Sequence record: NC_102531.1 | Source: a phage | Reading direction: 5' to 3' (one strand) | DNA: 64,000 nucleotides | Part shown: positions 46,694 to 56,436 of the stretch, one piece after another | Position numbering within the stretch: the first letter of the stretch is position 1 | Layout: every line of letters begins with the position of its first letter | Notes under the pieces: model-generated | The model's database searches: none | Seen by the model: the letters and a program-made list of their open reading frames with translations, nothing else | What the model was told of the DNA's origin: nothing | Translations under genes and position numbers: made by a program

Positions 46694-47307
46694 TGGATAT
46701 TATTGTTCTTAACGCCCCACCTAGCAGTGGCAAGGATCACATTGCAGATCTCTTGTTGGAAGCTATTCCTAACTCACACCACCGTGAGGTTAAGGAAATG
46801 CTCTTCAGTGTGGCAATTAAGGCAGCTGGTGTAACCCCTCAACTCTGGAATGCACTTTATGACCGCCACTACAAGGAAGAGCCTTGCCCTTTCTTAATGA
46901 TAGACGGCAAGCATGTTTCTCCGCGAGAATGGATGATCCATTGTAGTGAAAATCTGATTAAACCTATCTTTGGTGAAGATGCTTTCGGTAAAGCCGCAGT
47001 CGCATCTTTGAAGAAAGATTTCCCTGAAGGTAAAGGGGTTGTTGTTTACTCCGATGGTGGATTCAAAGAGGAGCTGGCATGCCTTAGTGAGTACGCATAC
47101 AGCACAGGTGGAGATCTGTTGTTGTTCCGTATTCACCGTGTAGGATATGACTGGGGAAATGATTCCAGAACCTATCTAAGTCTGGAAAAGAACGGAATAA
47201 AAGGGGTTGAGTTTGATGTTGTAAACCCTGAAGGTGCACCTTGGGAATGTGCATCGGAGATTGTGTGCAAGTATATTGATGCTAAAGAGGCCCAAGCAGA
47301 ATGTTAA
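46690..47307 (+). CDS. deoxynucleoside monophosphate kinase-like P-loop protein
   Basis: N-terminal IIVLNAPPSSGKDHIADLL resembles the T4 gp1-type dNMP kinase P-loop. Confidence 0.4.
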   Translation: MMDIIVLNAPPSSGKDHIADLLLEAIPNSHHREVKEMLFSVAIKAAGVTPQLWNALYDRHYKEEPCPFLMIDGKHVSPREWMIHCSENLIKPIFGEDAFGKAAVASLKKDFPEGKGVVVYSDGGFKEELACLSEYAYSTGGDLLLFRIHRVGYDWGNDSRTYLSLEKNGIKGVEFDVVNPEGAPWECASEIVCKYIDAKEAQAEC

Positions 47308-47894
47308 TCGGAATTGATGTAGATTTGACACTGGTAGATTCAGGAACAGCATGGTGGGAGTGGTTGGAGCGTTTGTATGGTCCAGCCAGTAAGACAGTCG
47401 CTAAACCTTCTAACGGGCTGATGTATTACGATCTGTCAAAGTATTGGCCTGATCGCCCAAAAGAAAACATCATAGGGCCTTTTGATTTTTGGAGTGACCC
47501 GTTCCTCTACGACTTTCTTAAGCCTGAAGGGGGGGCTATTGAGGTTATGAAAGATTTGGTGGCTCGTGGTCACAAGCTTGCATTTATCTCGGTATGCAAG
47601 AAAGGTCACCTTGCATCTAAATCAAGGTTCTTAAAGCGTTGGACCAGTGATTTTATGGATCTGGACGATCACACCCAGGGCCACGGCTTCTACGCCACAC
47701 ATTTCAAAGGAAATGTGGCTGTAGATGTTATAATTGACGACAGGCATGAATACCTGAACCAATTCGCTTCACGACCTGAAGTTATTAAAATCCTAAAAGA
47801 TACGCCTTATGAGCAATTCGAGGAGTTAAAGGTCAGTGTTGACTATACCGCTAATAGCTGGTATAAAATAGGAAAGTTTTTAGAAGGTATTTGA
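47301..47894 (+). CDS. HAD-superfamily hydrolase (putative 5'-deoxynucleotidase)
   Basis: N-terminal IGIDVDLTL (HAD motif I DxDxT). Confidence 0.4.
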   Translation: MLIGIDVDLTLVDSGTAWWEWLERLYGPASKTVAKPSNGLMYYDLSKYWPDRPKENIIGPFDFWSDPFLYDFLKPEGGAIEVMKDLVARGHKLAFISVCKKGHLASKSRFLKRWTSDFMDLDDHTQGHGFYATHFKGNVAVDVIIDDRHEYLNQFASRPEVIKILKDTPYEQFEELKVSVDYTANSWYKIGKFLEGI

Positions 47895-47895
47895 A

Positions 47896-48096
47896 ATGGG
47901 TAGATGTTCTAAAGGTGGCGATCCTGTAGTCAGATATGGAGACTGGCTAGAGGTATATAATCTGGAGGGGAAGCTGGTGTATGCTTCCAGGATCACCCAG
48001 GATATGTGCTCTGATATGTTTAACAGGTACCTTGCATTTAAGGCCAACATAAACCCAGACGAAATTTCCAAAATTAAAACAAGGAGAGCTAAATAA
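47896..48096 (+). CDS. hypothetical protein
   Basis: 66 aa ORF. Confidence 0.3.
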   Translation: MGRCSKGGDPVVRYGDWLEVYNLEGKLVYASRITQDMCSDMFNRYLAFKANINPDEISKIKTRRAK

Positions 48097-49079
48097 TGCT
48101 AAAACTGTGCACTGCAAAGATTATTGCTGACAGCATTTCCGAGAAAGGTAAGCGTATAACCACTTTTGAGCTAGAGTATCCTAGAATCATTCACTCTGAA
48201 CTCATGACACACCGAGTTTTCAGCAGAAACGCCATGTCCTCTCGTGCAGTACCTGTTAACAAAATGCTGCAGCAGGTTGTGGAAAATCCTGCAATGCCAG
48301 TTCGTTTTGGTGTAAACCAGCGAGGTATGGAGGATGGTGGCGATCACGATCAGAAGATCCGTGTCGAGTATACTGATCTTGAGTTCTCTCCTGAAGAGTT
48401 CTGGAAAGAAGCTGCCAAAAATGCAGCCTGGCATGCTGAGAAGTTTGCTCTTGCTGGATACCATAAGCAGGTGTGTAACCGCTTAGTAGAGCCGTTTCAG
48501 CGCATGAAAACAGTTGTAACAAGCACCGAGTGGAATAATTTTTTCCACCTCCGTTGCTGGCACGATGCGGATCCTACGATTCAGATGTTGGCTAATTGTA
48601 TGTGGGAGGCTATGGCTAATAGCACTCCTGAAATCCTTAAACCCGGTCAATGGCACACCCCATATGTAGAGCACATTTATTTGGACGGTGAGTTTAACTA
48701 TGCTGTACGGGATGCAGAAGGAAAGCTCTGCGTTCTCAATACTGAAGAAGCTCTGTCTATTAGTGCAAGCTGTTGTGCACAAGTATCTTATCGCAATATT
48801 GACAGCACGTTTGAAAAGGCAGACAATGTGGCTAAAAAATTGATTGGTGGGGATCGTATTCATGCAAGCCCTTACGAGCACCAGGCAACACCTATGGATC
48901 ACGATAATGCAATGGAACGTTTAAACTACTATCTGTCTTCATGTGAAATCACACAAGACAGTTGTGTTTGGCAGGAAGGTGTAACCCATCAAGACCGTGA
49001 TGGTAAATTCTGGTCTGCCAACTTTTGTGGGTGGGTTCAGCACAGACAACTGCTTAATAACCACTTCATGAAAGGTTAA
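48096..49079 (+). CDS. thyX: flavin-dependent thymidylate synthase ThyX
   Basis: ThyX signature ELMTHRVFSRNAMSSRA (RHRxxSxxxxSxR). Confidence 0.75.
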   Translation: MLKLCTAKIIADSISEKGKRITTFELEYPRIIHSELMTHRVFSRNAMSSRAVPVNKMLQQVVENPAMPVRFGVNQRGMEDGGDHDQKIRVEYTDLEFSPEEFWKEAAKNAAWHAEKFALAGYHKQVCNRLVEPFQRMKTVVTSTEWNNFFHLRCWHDADPTIQMLANCMWEAMANSTPEILKPGQWHTPYVEHIYLDGEFNYAVRDAEGKLCVLNTEEALSISASCCAQVSYRNIDSTFEKADNVAKKLIGGDRIHASPYEHQATPMDHDNAMERLNYYLSSCEITQDSCVWQEGVTHQDRDGKFWSANFCGWVQHRQLLNNHFMKG

Positions 49080-49108
49080 TCCTATCACAGTGATAGGTAA
49101 CTTTTGTG

Positions 49109-49137
49109 TTGACTAATAGTATCAGATAATCTATAAT
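49109..49137 (+). promoter_or_regulatory. sigma70-like promoter with adjacent palindrome
   Basis: TTGACT - 17 nt - TATAAT; perfect palindrome CCTATCACAGTGATAGG just upstream (49081..49097). Confidence 0.5.
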
Positions 49138-49138
49138 A

Positions 49139-49639
49139 ATGGCTCACTTTGTTGGTGAGCCAGAAATGGAGACAGATATGAGTAATGTTATGATTCCTAA
49201 AAAGACATTTATTTCAGTTACTTTAGATTTCCTAGCTACCGTCCCTGGGTTTAACGTTCGCACACGAAACGGTCTCCGAGCTGCACTCTTCGCCGTAGGG
49301 TTTGATTTAAAAAATATTGATGTTCTTCGTGGAAAAAACGTTCGATGCAAAAATAAGCCAACCCATTATCGAAAGGCAGATGTATTTGCTGGTGTCATGC
49401 GTGCAGACTTTAGATACCCACAAATGTATAACGGTGTAGATATTTTAGATGTAGATAAAGCACCTGGTGAGGCAATGCTTGTTCAAGATCTCCCGTATGA
49501 TATCCCCGTAGAGGATCGTGTTAATGTAAGAAAGTATACAAAACAATCTGAAAAGGCTGAAGATATTCATATTGTTGATGAACCTTTCAATTTTGAAGAT
49601 CTGCATCGCCTGGAAAAATTATTCGGTATTGAAAGCTAA
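49139..49639 (+). CDS. hypothetical protein
   Basis: 166 aa ORF; first ATG is only 2 nt after the -10 box, so true start may be a downstream Met (about 49178). Confidence 0.3.
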   Translation: MAHFVGEPEMETDMSNVMIPKKTFISVTLDFLATVPGFNVRTRNGLRAALFAVGFDLKNIDVLRGKNVRCKNKPTHYRKADVFAGVMRADFRYPQMYNGVDILDVDKAPGEAMLVQDLPYDIPVEDRVNVRKYTKQSEKAEDIHIVDEPFNFEDLHRLEKLFGIES

Positions 49640-49649
49640 GGTGGTGAAG

Positions 49650-49880
49650 ATGAGTCATAACTCCAAGTGGAAGGATCTTGGTTTTGCAAGTCGGGCAGAA
49701 TATGTTGGTTGGCTTTGGTTCAACGGCCTGACAAACGATATTAAAATGTATGATGATGTTTATTATGACGAGTATACAGGTAAGATTATAAATATCTCTG
49801 TAGAAGAGGATACCTTTATCCAGCAAGATACTGATACCTGCCTTGATAAATACGTTAATGAAGTGGAGGAAGCAAATTGA
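49650..49880 (+). CDS. hypothetical protein
   Basis: Start at ATG (MSHNSKW) after AAGGTGG; ORF track begins earlier at an alternative start. Confidence 0.3.
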   Translation: MSHNSKWKDLGFASRAEYVGWLWFNGLTNDIKMYDDVYYDEYTGKIINISVEEDTFIQQDTDTCLDKYVNEVEEAN

Positions 49881-52192
49881 TCACCAAGGTAATTAAAAGC
49901 AACGGATGTGAAGTGGCATTCGATCCAGAACGTTTAAATAAGGCAGCTATTTTCGGTGACGACGGTAACGGCAATTGGTCACATATTGCACTGGATGCAT
50001 ACAAACGACTGTATGATGGATGTACAACCAAAGAAGTTAACCAAGCTATTATAGACTCCTGTGTTAGCCGTAAAGACGAAGCACATTCCCGTATGGCTGG
50101 TCGTGTTCTTATTGGTCAGATTTATAAAGAGGCTTTTGGAGGGTTTACAAAGATCCCTTCCTTACCATCATTTTACAACGACATGGTTGAGAAAGGGTAT
50201 TGGGAGGATATGGGTTACAGCTTTACCGAGTTAAACACTTTAGGCACTGTTATTGATCACAGTAAAGATCTCGGTTATGGCTATGCAGTCCTTAAACAGT
50301 TTCGCGACAAATACGGGATCAAGGATACTCTTAAAGACACCTTGTTTGAATCTCCCCAGATGATGTTTATGGGGATAGCAATGGCTGTCATGAAGAATAT
50401 GCCGAAAGAACGTCGTATCAACGATGTTGTAAAATTATACACTTATCTGTCCGACTTAAAGATCAATGCCCCGACACCGTACTTAAACGGGCTGCGCACA
50501 GGTAAGACAGGATATGCATCTTGTTGTGTAATAAAAGCTGACGATACAGCAAAATCTATTGGTGTGGCACGTGAAGTTGCGTACACAATGACGGTTAACC
50601 AAGCAGGCATCGGCTACTACTTATCCTCAAGATCTGCAGGCGATGGTGTTCGTGGTAACACTATTAAACATATGGGTAAGATTCCATATTATCGAGGTAT
50701 TGATGCTGGTGTTAAGGAGAACAGACAACAATCACGTGGCGGTTCTGCAACAGTATCATTCCTTGCACTGGACCCGCAGATTGATGAGCTAATCCGTTTG
50801 AGAAACCCTATGACTGTTGCTTCAAAAAGAATCAACACCATGGACTACTCCATCGGTATTAATAGGTCGTTTATCAACCGTGTGGCTAAGAATTTGGATT
50901 GGATGCTTGTTTCTTATAAGCACGCACCTCAACTGCATGAGGGTATCTTCACCATGTCTATGGAGGAGTTTGATGCAGAGGTTGATCGTATTGCTAAAGA
51001 TGACAGTATTCCTAAAACATGGATCCGAGCCAGAGATCTTGCTGTTGAACTGATCACGCAGCGTACTGAGGTGGGAAGGCTGTATGTATACTGGACAGAT
51101 GAGATGAATAGGCATACACCTTTTAAAGATGTGATCTATTCAAGCAACCTGTGTGCAGAAATAGCCCTCCCGACAAAAGGCTATTCAGACATGCGTAATA
51201 TCTTCAAGTACGATGTTGATGATGGTGAGGTTGCATTGTGCTTCCTGTCATCTCTTGTAGCTGGAAGGGTTACCCCAGAGGAGTATGAGGATGTTGCATA
51301 CTACACGGTGCTTATGATTGACAATGTTATGGAAATCATGACATATCCGTATGAAAATATGGAGAGCACTGTTAAAAAACGCAGATCCATCGGGGTTGGC
51401 CTTACCAATGTTGCACATTTTATTGCCAGCCACAAGGTTACTTACGGATCTCCTGAAAGTAAACAGCTTGTTCACGATCTTGCAGAACTTCACAGCTACA
51501 GCTTGCATAAGGCAAGTTTACGGTTGGCAAAAGAGCGTGGTGTCTGCGAGTGGATGTATAAAACAAAATATCCAGAAGGCTGGTTACCAATCGACACTTA
51601 TAACAAAGAGGTCGATAGTGTGGTGAAAGATCCTTCTCTTAAACAGGATTGGGAAGGGTTACGTAAAGAAATCATTGAAAATGGTGGGCTACGTAATAGC
51701 GTTCTTGAAGCATATATGCCTAATGAAAGCTCTTCGCTGGCAACAAACACCACTAACGGGGTTTATCCTGTCCGTGAGCACATTATCTTTAAAAAGTCGC
51801 CACAAGGGCAGGTGCTGTTTATCGTTCCTGACTATGATGAGTTGAAAGAGTATTACACTTCGGCTTGGGACGTTGATACTAACGACATGATCGATATGTA
51901 TGCTGTGATTCAAAAATTCACAGGTCAGGCAATCAGCGCGGATTTATACATAGACTACACCAAGTTGAAAGATGGTAAAATTTCAATGAAGGAGCAGCTA
52001 GGGTACCTTATCCGTGCCACTAAATTCGGGATGAAGACATGGTATTATTTAAACTCTAGGGTTGGTGCTGGTGACTCCTTGGCAGAGGAACTTCATGCCA
52101 AGAAACAGGCTGAAGATGAAACCAGAAAGAACTATCCTTTGATTGCAGATAGTTCAGTTGAAGATCCGTATTGCGAAAGTTGTGCACTATAA
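49877..52192 (+). CDS. nrdA: ribonucleotide reductase class Ia large subunit NrdA
   Basis: N-terminal ATP-cone (VIKSNGCEVAFDPERL), active-site SNLCAEI, C-terminal Cys pair (CESC). Confidence 0.85.
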   Translation: MITKVIKSNGCEVAFDPERLNKAAIFGDDGNGNWSHIALDAYKRLYDGCTTKEVNQAIIDSCVSRKDEAHSRMAGRVLIGQIYKEAFGGFTKIPSLPSFYNDMVEKGYWEDMGYSFTELNTLGTVIDHSKDLGYGYAVLKQFRDKYGIKDTLKDTLFESPQMMFMGIAMAVMKNMPKERRINDVVKLYTYLSDLKINAPTPYLNGLRTGKTGYASCCVIKADDTAKSIGVAREVAYTMTVNQAGIGYYLSSRSAGDGVRGNTIKHMGKIPYYRGIDAGVKENRQQSRGGSATVSFLALDPQIDELIRLRNPMTVASKRINTMDYSIGINRSFINRVAKNLDWMLVSYKHAPQLHEGIFTMSMEEFDAEVDRIAKDDSIPKTWIRARDLAVELITQRTEVGRLYVYWTDEMNRHTPFKDVIYSSNLCAEIALPTKGYSDMRNIFKYDVDDGEVALCFLSSLVAGRVTPEEYEDVAYYTVLMIDNVMEIMTYPYENMESTVKKRRSIGVGLTNVAHFIASHKVTYGSPESKQLVHDLAELHSYSLHKASLRLAKERGVCEWMYKTKYPEGWLPIDTYNKEVDSVVKDPSLKQDWEGLRKEIIENGGLRNSVLEAYMPNESSSLATNTTNGVYPVREHIIFKKSPQGQVLFIVPDYDELKEYYTSAWDVDTNDMIDMYAVIQKFTGQAISADLYIDYTKLKDGKISMKEQLGYLIRATKFGMKTWYYLNSRVGAGDSLAEELHAKKQAEDETRKNYPLIADSSVEDPYCESCAL

Positions 52193-52199
52193 TTTTAAA

Positions 52200-52219
52200 G
52201 GGGCTTCGGCCCCATTTTA
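52200..52219 (+). terminator. hairpin/attenuator between nrdA and nrdB
   Basis: GGGGC-TTCG-GCCCC followed by ATTTTAG. Confidence 0.4.
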
Positions 52220-52231
52220 GAGGTTAGAATA

Positions 52232-53320
52232 ATGGCTGTATTTAATGCTGAGAACACCGCTCATAAAACTGGTGACTATCCGCTGTTTCTGGGACAGCAA
52301 ATGGGTATGTACGACTCTATCAACAAAAAATATCCACAACTGTTTGAACTGTACAAAAAACAAAAAGAACAAGATTGGGCAGAGGATGAAGTGGATTTGT
52401 CGCAATCTATTTCAGATTTTGTAACATGCTCAAAGTCAACTTATGACGTGATGGTGCAGACCTTGATGTGGCAATGGGAGGCTGATAGCGTTGCGGCAAG
52501 ATCGATCATCTGCCTCTTTTCACCATTCATCACTAATAGTGAGCTTTTCACTCTATTGATGAAACAGTCAGAGATTGAAGTTCTTCACGCACTAACCTAC
52601 TCAGAGATTGTTAGACAATGCCTCCCTAATGCTCGTGAGATCATAGAAGAGATTCAGGAAAACCAAAACGTTCTGAGCAGATCCGGCGTTATTGTCAAAT
52701 ACATGCAGGAACTCGAGGTTATTGGTGCAAAATACCGACTGGATCCTTCTAGTGTTGAAGAAGATATTGTGCGGAAATGCATTCTTAGGGCGCTTTTTGC
52801 ACTTTTAGCTCTGGAAAGTATTGAGTTTATTGCAAGTTTTGCATGCACTTTCGCAGTAGCTGAACAGGGTATTTTTGTTCAGGTGGCGCAGCTTGTTCAA
52901 AAAATCATGCTTGACGAAATGCTGCATTCGAAAGGTGATTTTGCCATCATTGATATCCTGCTTAATGATCCCGCATGGGAGAAAAGCTTCCTTGAGATAA
53001 AGGGAGAGTTAAAAGAGATTCTTGATGAAGTACGAACCAAGGAGTACGGTTGGAGCGACTATATTTTCAGCGAAGGAAGAGCGATTATAGGTCTTAATTC
53101 ACCATTGCTTAAAGAATGGGTTGACTATAACTGTTCACCGATTTATGATTACTACGACATCGACAAAGACTTTGTGCCGCCAACAAAGGACCCGCTACCG
53201 TTTATGCAGGTGTGGATGAAACCTTCATTGCAACAGACGGCGAACCAAGAAATGTCGAACACTGACTACCGCGTCAACACAACTGTTAACGACGCTGAAG
53301 AAGAAATTTGGGAGTTTTAA
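52232..53320 (+). CDS. nrdB: ribonucleotide reductase class Ia small subunit NrdB
   Basis: R2-type ferritin-like composition; C-terminal ...AEEEIWEF tail typical of R2. Confidence 0.75.
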   Translation: MAVFNAENTAHKTGDYPLFLGQQMGMYDSINKKYPQLFELYKKQKEQDWAEDEVDLSQSISDFVTCSKSTYDVMVQTLMWQWEADSVAARSIICLFSPFITNSELFTLLMKQSEIEVLHALTYSEIVRQCLPNAREIIEEIQENQNVLSRSGVIVKYMQELEVIGAKYRLDPSSVEEDIVRKCILRALFALLALESIEFIASFACTFAVAEQGIFVQVAQLVQKIMLDEMLHSKGDFAIIDILLNDPAWEKSFLEIKGELKEILDEVRTKEYGWSDYIFSEGRAIIGLNSPLLKEWVDYNCSPIYDYYDIDKDFVPPTKDPLPFMQVWMKPSLQQTANQEMSNTDYRVNTTVNDAEEEIWEF

Positions 53321-53323
53321 TAT

Positions 53324-53602
53324 ATGAGCTGTGAAAAATCTTTTTTCTTTATTATTTACGGTAAAGATAACTGCCCACATTGTGTAAGAGCAAAAGAATT
53401 TGCAGTCAGTAAAGGTCTGCCTTTTGTATATAAGACACTTGGCGAGGGTTACACAAAAGAAGAGCTTATTGAGAAGTGTAGTCCAATCGTGCCCAGAACG
53501 TTGCCGCAGATCTTCTTAGAAAGCAATCTTGAAAGTGTCCATATAGGCGGTGCCGACGATTTCATCTCTTTTGTTAAGAATGGTTTTGGAGAGAAAAAGT
53601 GA
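53324..53602 (+). CDS. glutaredoxin/thioredoxin-like redoxin
   Basis: 92 aa with CPHC active site near N-terminus, between nrdB and nrdD. Confidence 0.6.
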   Translation: MSCEKSFFFIIYGKDNCPHCVRAKEFAVSKGLPFVYKTLGEGYTKEELIEKCSPIVPRTLPQIFLESNLESVHIGGADDFISFVKNGFGEKK

Positions 53603-55722
53603 AAGTTGTAAAACGGGACGGTAGAGAAGAGTTCTATAACGGAATTAAGGTGATCAAGGCGGCAGAGTCCGCCTTACTTGAGTCTGGACATACTGAAGAA
53701 GAGGCTTACCGGATCGCCTGTGCGGTTAATGAAGTTGTTGCTAACAATCTACCAACCGACCAGTGCACGATCTCTGTAAAAAATATCCATATCCTTGTTG
53801 AAGACGCTCTTATGGATATGGGTTTAAAATGTGCAGCCAGAGAATACATCCAGTATAGACAGACAAGAGATAATAACAGAGAGGCAGGTGGAAAACTGCT
53901 TGCAGATATTAGTGGCTTCTTGGATCGCACTTGTGATGAATTTACAAAAGAAAACGCAAATAAGCCCACCAATCATGTACACACTCATCGTGACCTGCTT
54001 GCAGGCATCCTTAGCAAACACCTTGCATCAACACAGATCCTGCCAGACCGTGTCTCAGAAGAGCACAATAAAGGCTTCATCCATGTGCATGATCTTGACT
54101 ACCTGATTAGTCCGTTAACAAACTGTTGTTTGGTAAATTATCCAGATATGTTGGAAAACGGATTCAACATTGGTAACGCCCATGTCAGTAAGCCGAAGTC
54201 AATAGGGGTTGCAACAACAATCCTTAGCCAAATCTCTAGTGCAGTAGCTAGTGCTCAATATGGTGGTCAGACTATGAGCCATATTGATCATTATCTGGCA
54301 CAGTATGCTGAGGCGACTTATGAGAAGAACCTTAAATTTTGCCAGGAACATTGGTTGCCAGATGCTGAGACTGTTGCAATGCAAATGACAGATAAAGACG
54401 TATTTGACAGCATGCAGACTTTGCTCTATCAAATCAATACGTTAACTTCTGTCAACGGGCAAACTCCATTTATCACATTAAGTTTAGGGCTGGATACCTC
54501 GGTCTTTGGTAGAATGATTACCAAAAACTACTTGAAAGTCCACAAAATGGGTCTTGGTGAAGAACGTATCACACCTGTGTTCCCTAAAGTGCTGTTCTTC
54601 CTGGAAGAGGGTGTCAACATGAACCCTGGGGATCCTAACTATGATTTGAAACGATTAGCTCTGGAGTGCTGTGCAGAACGTATCTACCCTGACTTCGTAT
54701 CTGTACCACTAAATAGAAAAGTGACAGGCTCGACAGATGGCAAAGTAACGAGCATGGGTTGCCGGAGTTTTCTTAGCAAATACAACGACTTGGAAACAGG
54801 TGAGGAGAAATACCTAGGCAGATTCAACTTGGGTGTTGTTAGTCTTAACCTGCCAATGATTGCGGCAAAAGCTAAGACGGAAGGTGTTGATTTCTTTGCC
54901 GTTATTGACGAGTATCTGGATTTGGCATATGAAGCTCACCTTGTAAGGGTTAACCGTCTGAAAGGCACTAAGGCAGGGCAGAACCCTATCATGTGGTGTG
55001 AAGGCGCTCTTGCTCGCCTGGATCCTGAAGAGAGTATTGATAAACTCTTCTATGACGGGTACGCTTCCATCAGTATTGGGTATATTGGTGTGTATGAAAC
55101 CTGTCAGATTTTGGGTAGAGAGGGTGACAAGGCTTTAGCTCTTGGAATCCTTCAGCACATGAGAGATGCTTGTGAGCGATACAAGAAGGAAAGTAGACTA
55201 GCGTTTAGCTTGTACGGCACTCCTTCTGAGAGTCTATGCTATAAAGCTGCAACCTGTCTGGATCGTGAATATCCGGAAGTGTTGAAGCACGAGCATGAAT
55301 ATCTCACCAACAGTTTCCATCAGCCAGTATGGATAAATAGCTCTCCTTTTGATAAGTGGAAGTATGAGGAAGGTTTTGCTATGATCTCCTCTGGTGGCAA
55401 CATCGGATACGTAGAGACACCTAACCTGAAAAACAACTTGGATGCTTTAGAGGCTCTTGTTGACTTCGGGTATAAACACATTATGTATTTTGGTATTAAT
55501 CAACCTGTGGATAAATGTCTCAAGTGTGGTTTCTCTGGTGAGTTCAGTGCAACAGCTAAAGGGTTCTGCTGCCCTGCGTGCGGATGCCACGATGAACAAT
55601 ATATCTCAGTGATCCGAAGAGTGTCTGGATACCTTTCCAGTCCTAACTCCCGTCCTTACAATAAAGGTAAGCAAGCGGAAGTTATCGAGCGAGTTAAGCA
55701 CTATGGAAGTTGTAGTTGCTGA
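53599..55722 (+). CDS. nrdD: anaerobic ribonucleotide reductase NrdD (class III)
   Basis: N-terminal ATP-cone (VVKRDGREEFYNGIKV), C-terminal Cys cluster (CLKCG...CCPACGC) and glycyl-radical-type motif RRVSGYL. Confidence 0.8.
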   Translation: MKVVKRDGREEFYNGIKVIKAAESALLESGHTEEEAYRIACAVNEVVANNLPTDQCTISVKNIHILVEDALMDMGLKCAAREYIQYRQTRDNNREAGGKLLADISGFLDRTCDEFTKENANKPTNHVHTHRDLLAGILSKHLASTQILPDRVSEEHNKGFIHVHDLDYLISPLTNCCLVNYPDMLENGFNIGNAHVSKPKSIGVATTILSQISSAVASAQYGGQTMSHIDHYLAQYAEATYEKNLKFCQEHWLPDAETVAMQMTDKDVFDSMQTLLYQINTLTSVNGQTPFITLSLGLDTSVFGRMITKNYLKVHKMGLGEERITPVFPKVLFFLEEGVNMNPGDPNYDLKRLALECCAERIYPDFVSVPLNRKVTGSTDGKVTSMGCRSFLSKYNDLETGEEKYLGRFNLGVVSLNLPMIAAKAKTEGVDFFAVIDEYLDLAYEAHLVRVNRLKGTKAGQNPIMWCEGALARLDPEESIDKLFYDGYASISIGYIGVYETCQILGREGDKALALGILQHMRDACERYKKESRLAFSLYGTPSESLCYKAATCLDREYPEVLKHEHEYLTNSFHQPVWINSSPFDKWKYEEGFAMISSGGNIGYVETPNLKNNLDALEALVDFGYKHIMYFGINQPVDKCLKCGFSGEFSATAKGFCCPACGCHDEQYISVIRRVSGYLSSPNSRPYNKGKQAEVIERVKHYGSCSC

Positions 55723-55785
55723 TACTTGACAAAAGCCACAAGGATGTGGCATATTATTGACACACCGTGAGTTAGGAGGTGCAGT

Positions 55786-55902
55786 ATGTCATCAGGTATT
55801 TATAAAATTTGCAAGTGCGGCTGTAGTTGCAATCTTCGTTGGTGCAAGGCACTAGACGATTTTATTTGGCATTGCCCTAAATGTGATGCGGAGTATCTAT
55901 GA
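55786..55902 (+). CDS. small Cys-rich zinc-ribbon-like protein (38 aa)
   Basis: MSSGIYKICKCGCSCNLRWCKALDDFIWHCPKCDAEYL; RBS AGGAGG 6 nt upstream; stop overlaps nrdG start (ATGA); below ORF-track size cut-off. Confidence 0.4.
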   Translation: MSSGIYKICKCGCSCNLRWCKALDDFIWHCPKCDAEYL

Positions 55903-56372
55903 ACATTGTCGGATACACAGAAATATCTTACACCGAAGGGCCAGGTATTAGAACTGCCTTGTGGGTATCTGGGTGCCCACACGCTTGCCATGGTTGCTTT
56001 AATCAGGCATTTTGGTCAAAAGATAAGGGGAGAGAGTTCACTGAAGAAGACTTGCAAAAAATCTTGTCAGATCTAGATAACCCGTCTGTGTGCGGTATCT
56101 CTCTGCTGGGTGGAGAACCCTTAGCATACTATAATGAGCCAGGTATTATTAGCCTGATGGAGAAAATTAAGGAAAAATTTGGTGACAAGAAAACCATTCT
56201 TGTATATACTGGGTTCACATTTGACCATATCTCTAGTGATGTTCTTAAACTGGCTGATATCATCATTGACGGTAAGTATGTAAAAGATTTACCAACCAAG
56301 AAACCGTTCCGAGGCAGCGATAACCAAAGAATGTTTAAAAAAGTAGCAGGCGGTTGGGTTCAGGTAGACTAG
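55899..56372 (+). CDS. nrdG: anaerobic ribonucleotide reductase activating protein NrdG
   Basis: Radical-SAM cluster motif GCPHACHGCFN. Confidence 0.8.
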   Translation: MNIVGYTEISYTEGPGIRTALWVSGCPHACHGCFNQAFWSKDKGREFTEEDLQKILSDLDNPSVCGISLLGGEPLAYYNEPGIISLMEKIKEKFGDKKTILVYTGFTFDHISSDVLKLADIIIDGKYVKDLPTKKPFRGSDNQRMFKKVAGGWVQVD

Positions 56373-56375
56373 TTG

Positions 56376-56405
56376 TTGACAAAGCTTGGTGTAGATAGGT
56401 ATAAT
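56376..56405 (+). promoter_or_regulatory. sigma70-like promoter
   Basis: TTGACA - 18 nt - TATAAT immediately after nrdG. Confidence 0.55.
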
Positions 56406-56436
56406 TATCGTAAAATGAAAGCAGAGGAGGTGCCAA

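Noticed and set aside
49877-55722. Inteins or introns in nrdA/nrdD, as seen in some phage RNR genes
   Set aside because: Both ORFs are uninterrupted with ordinary lengths and contiguous conserved motifs; no internal homing-endonuclease-like block or in-frame Cys/Ser...HN splice motifs noticed.
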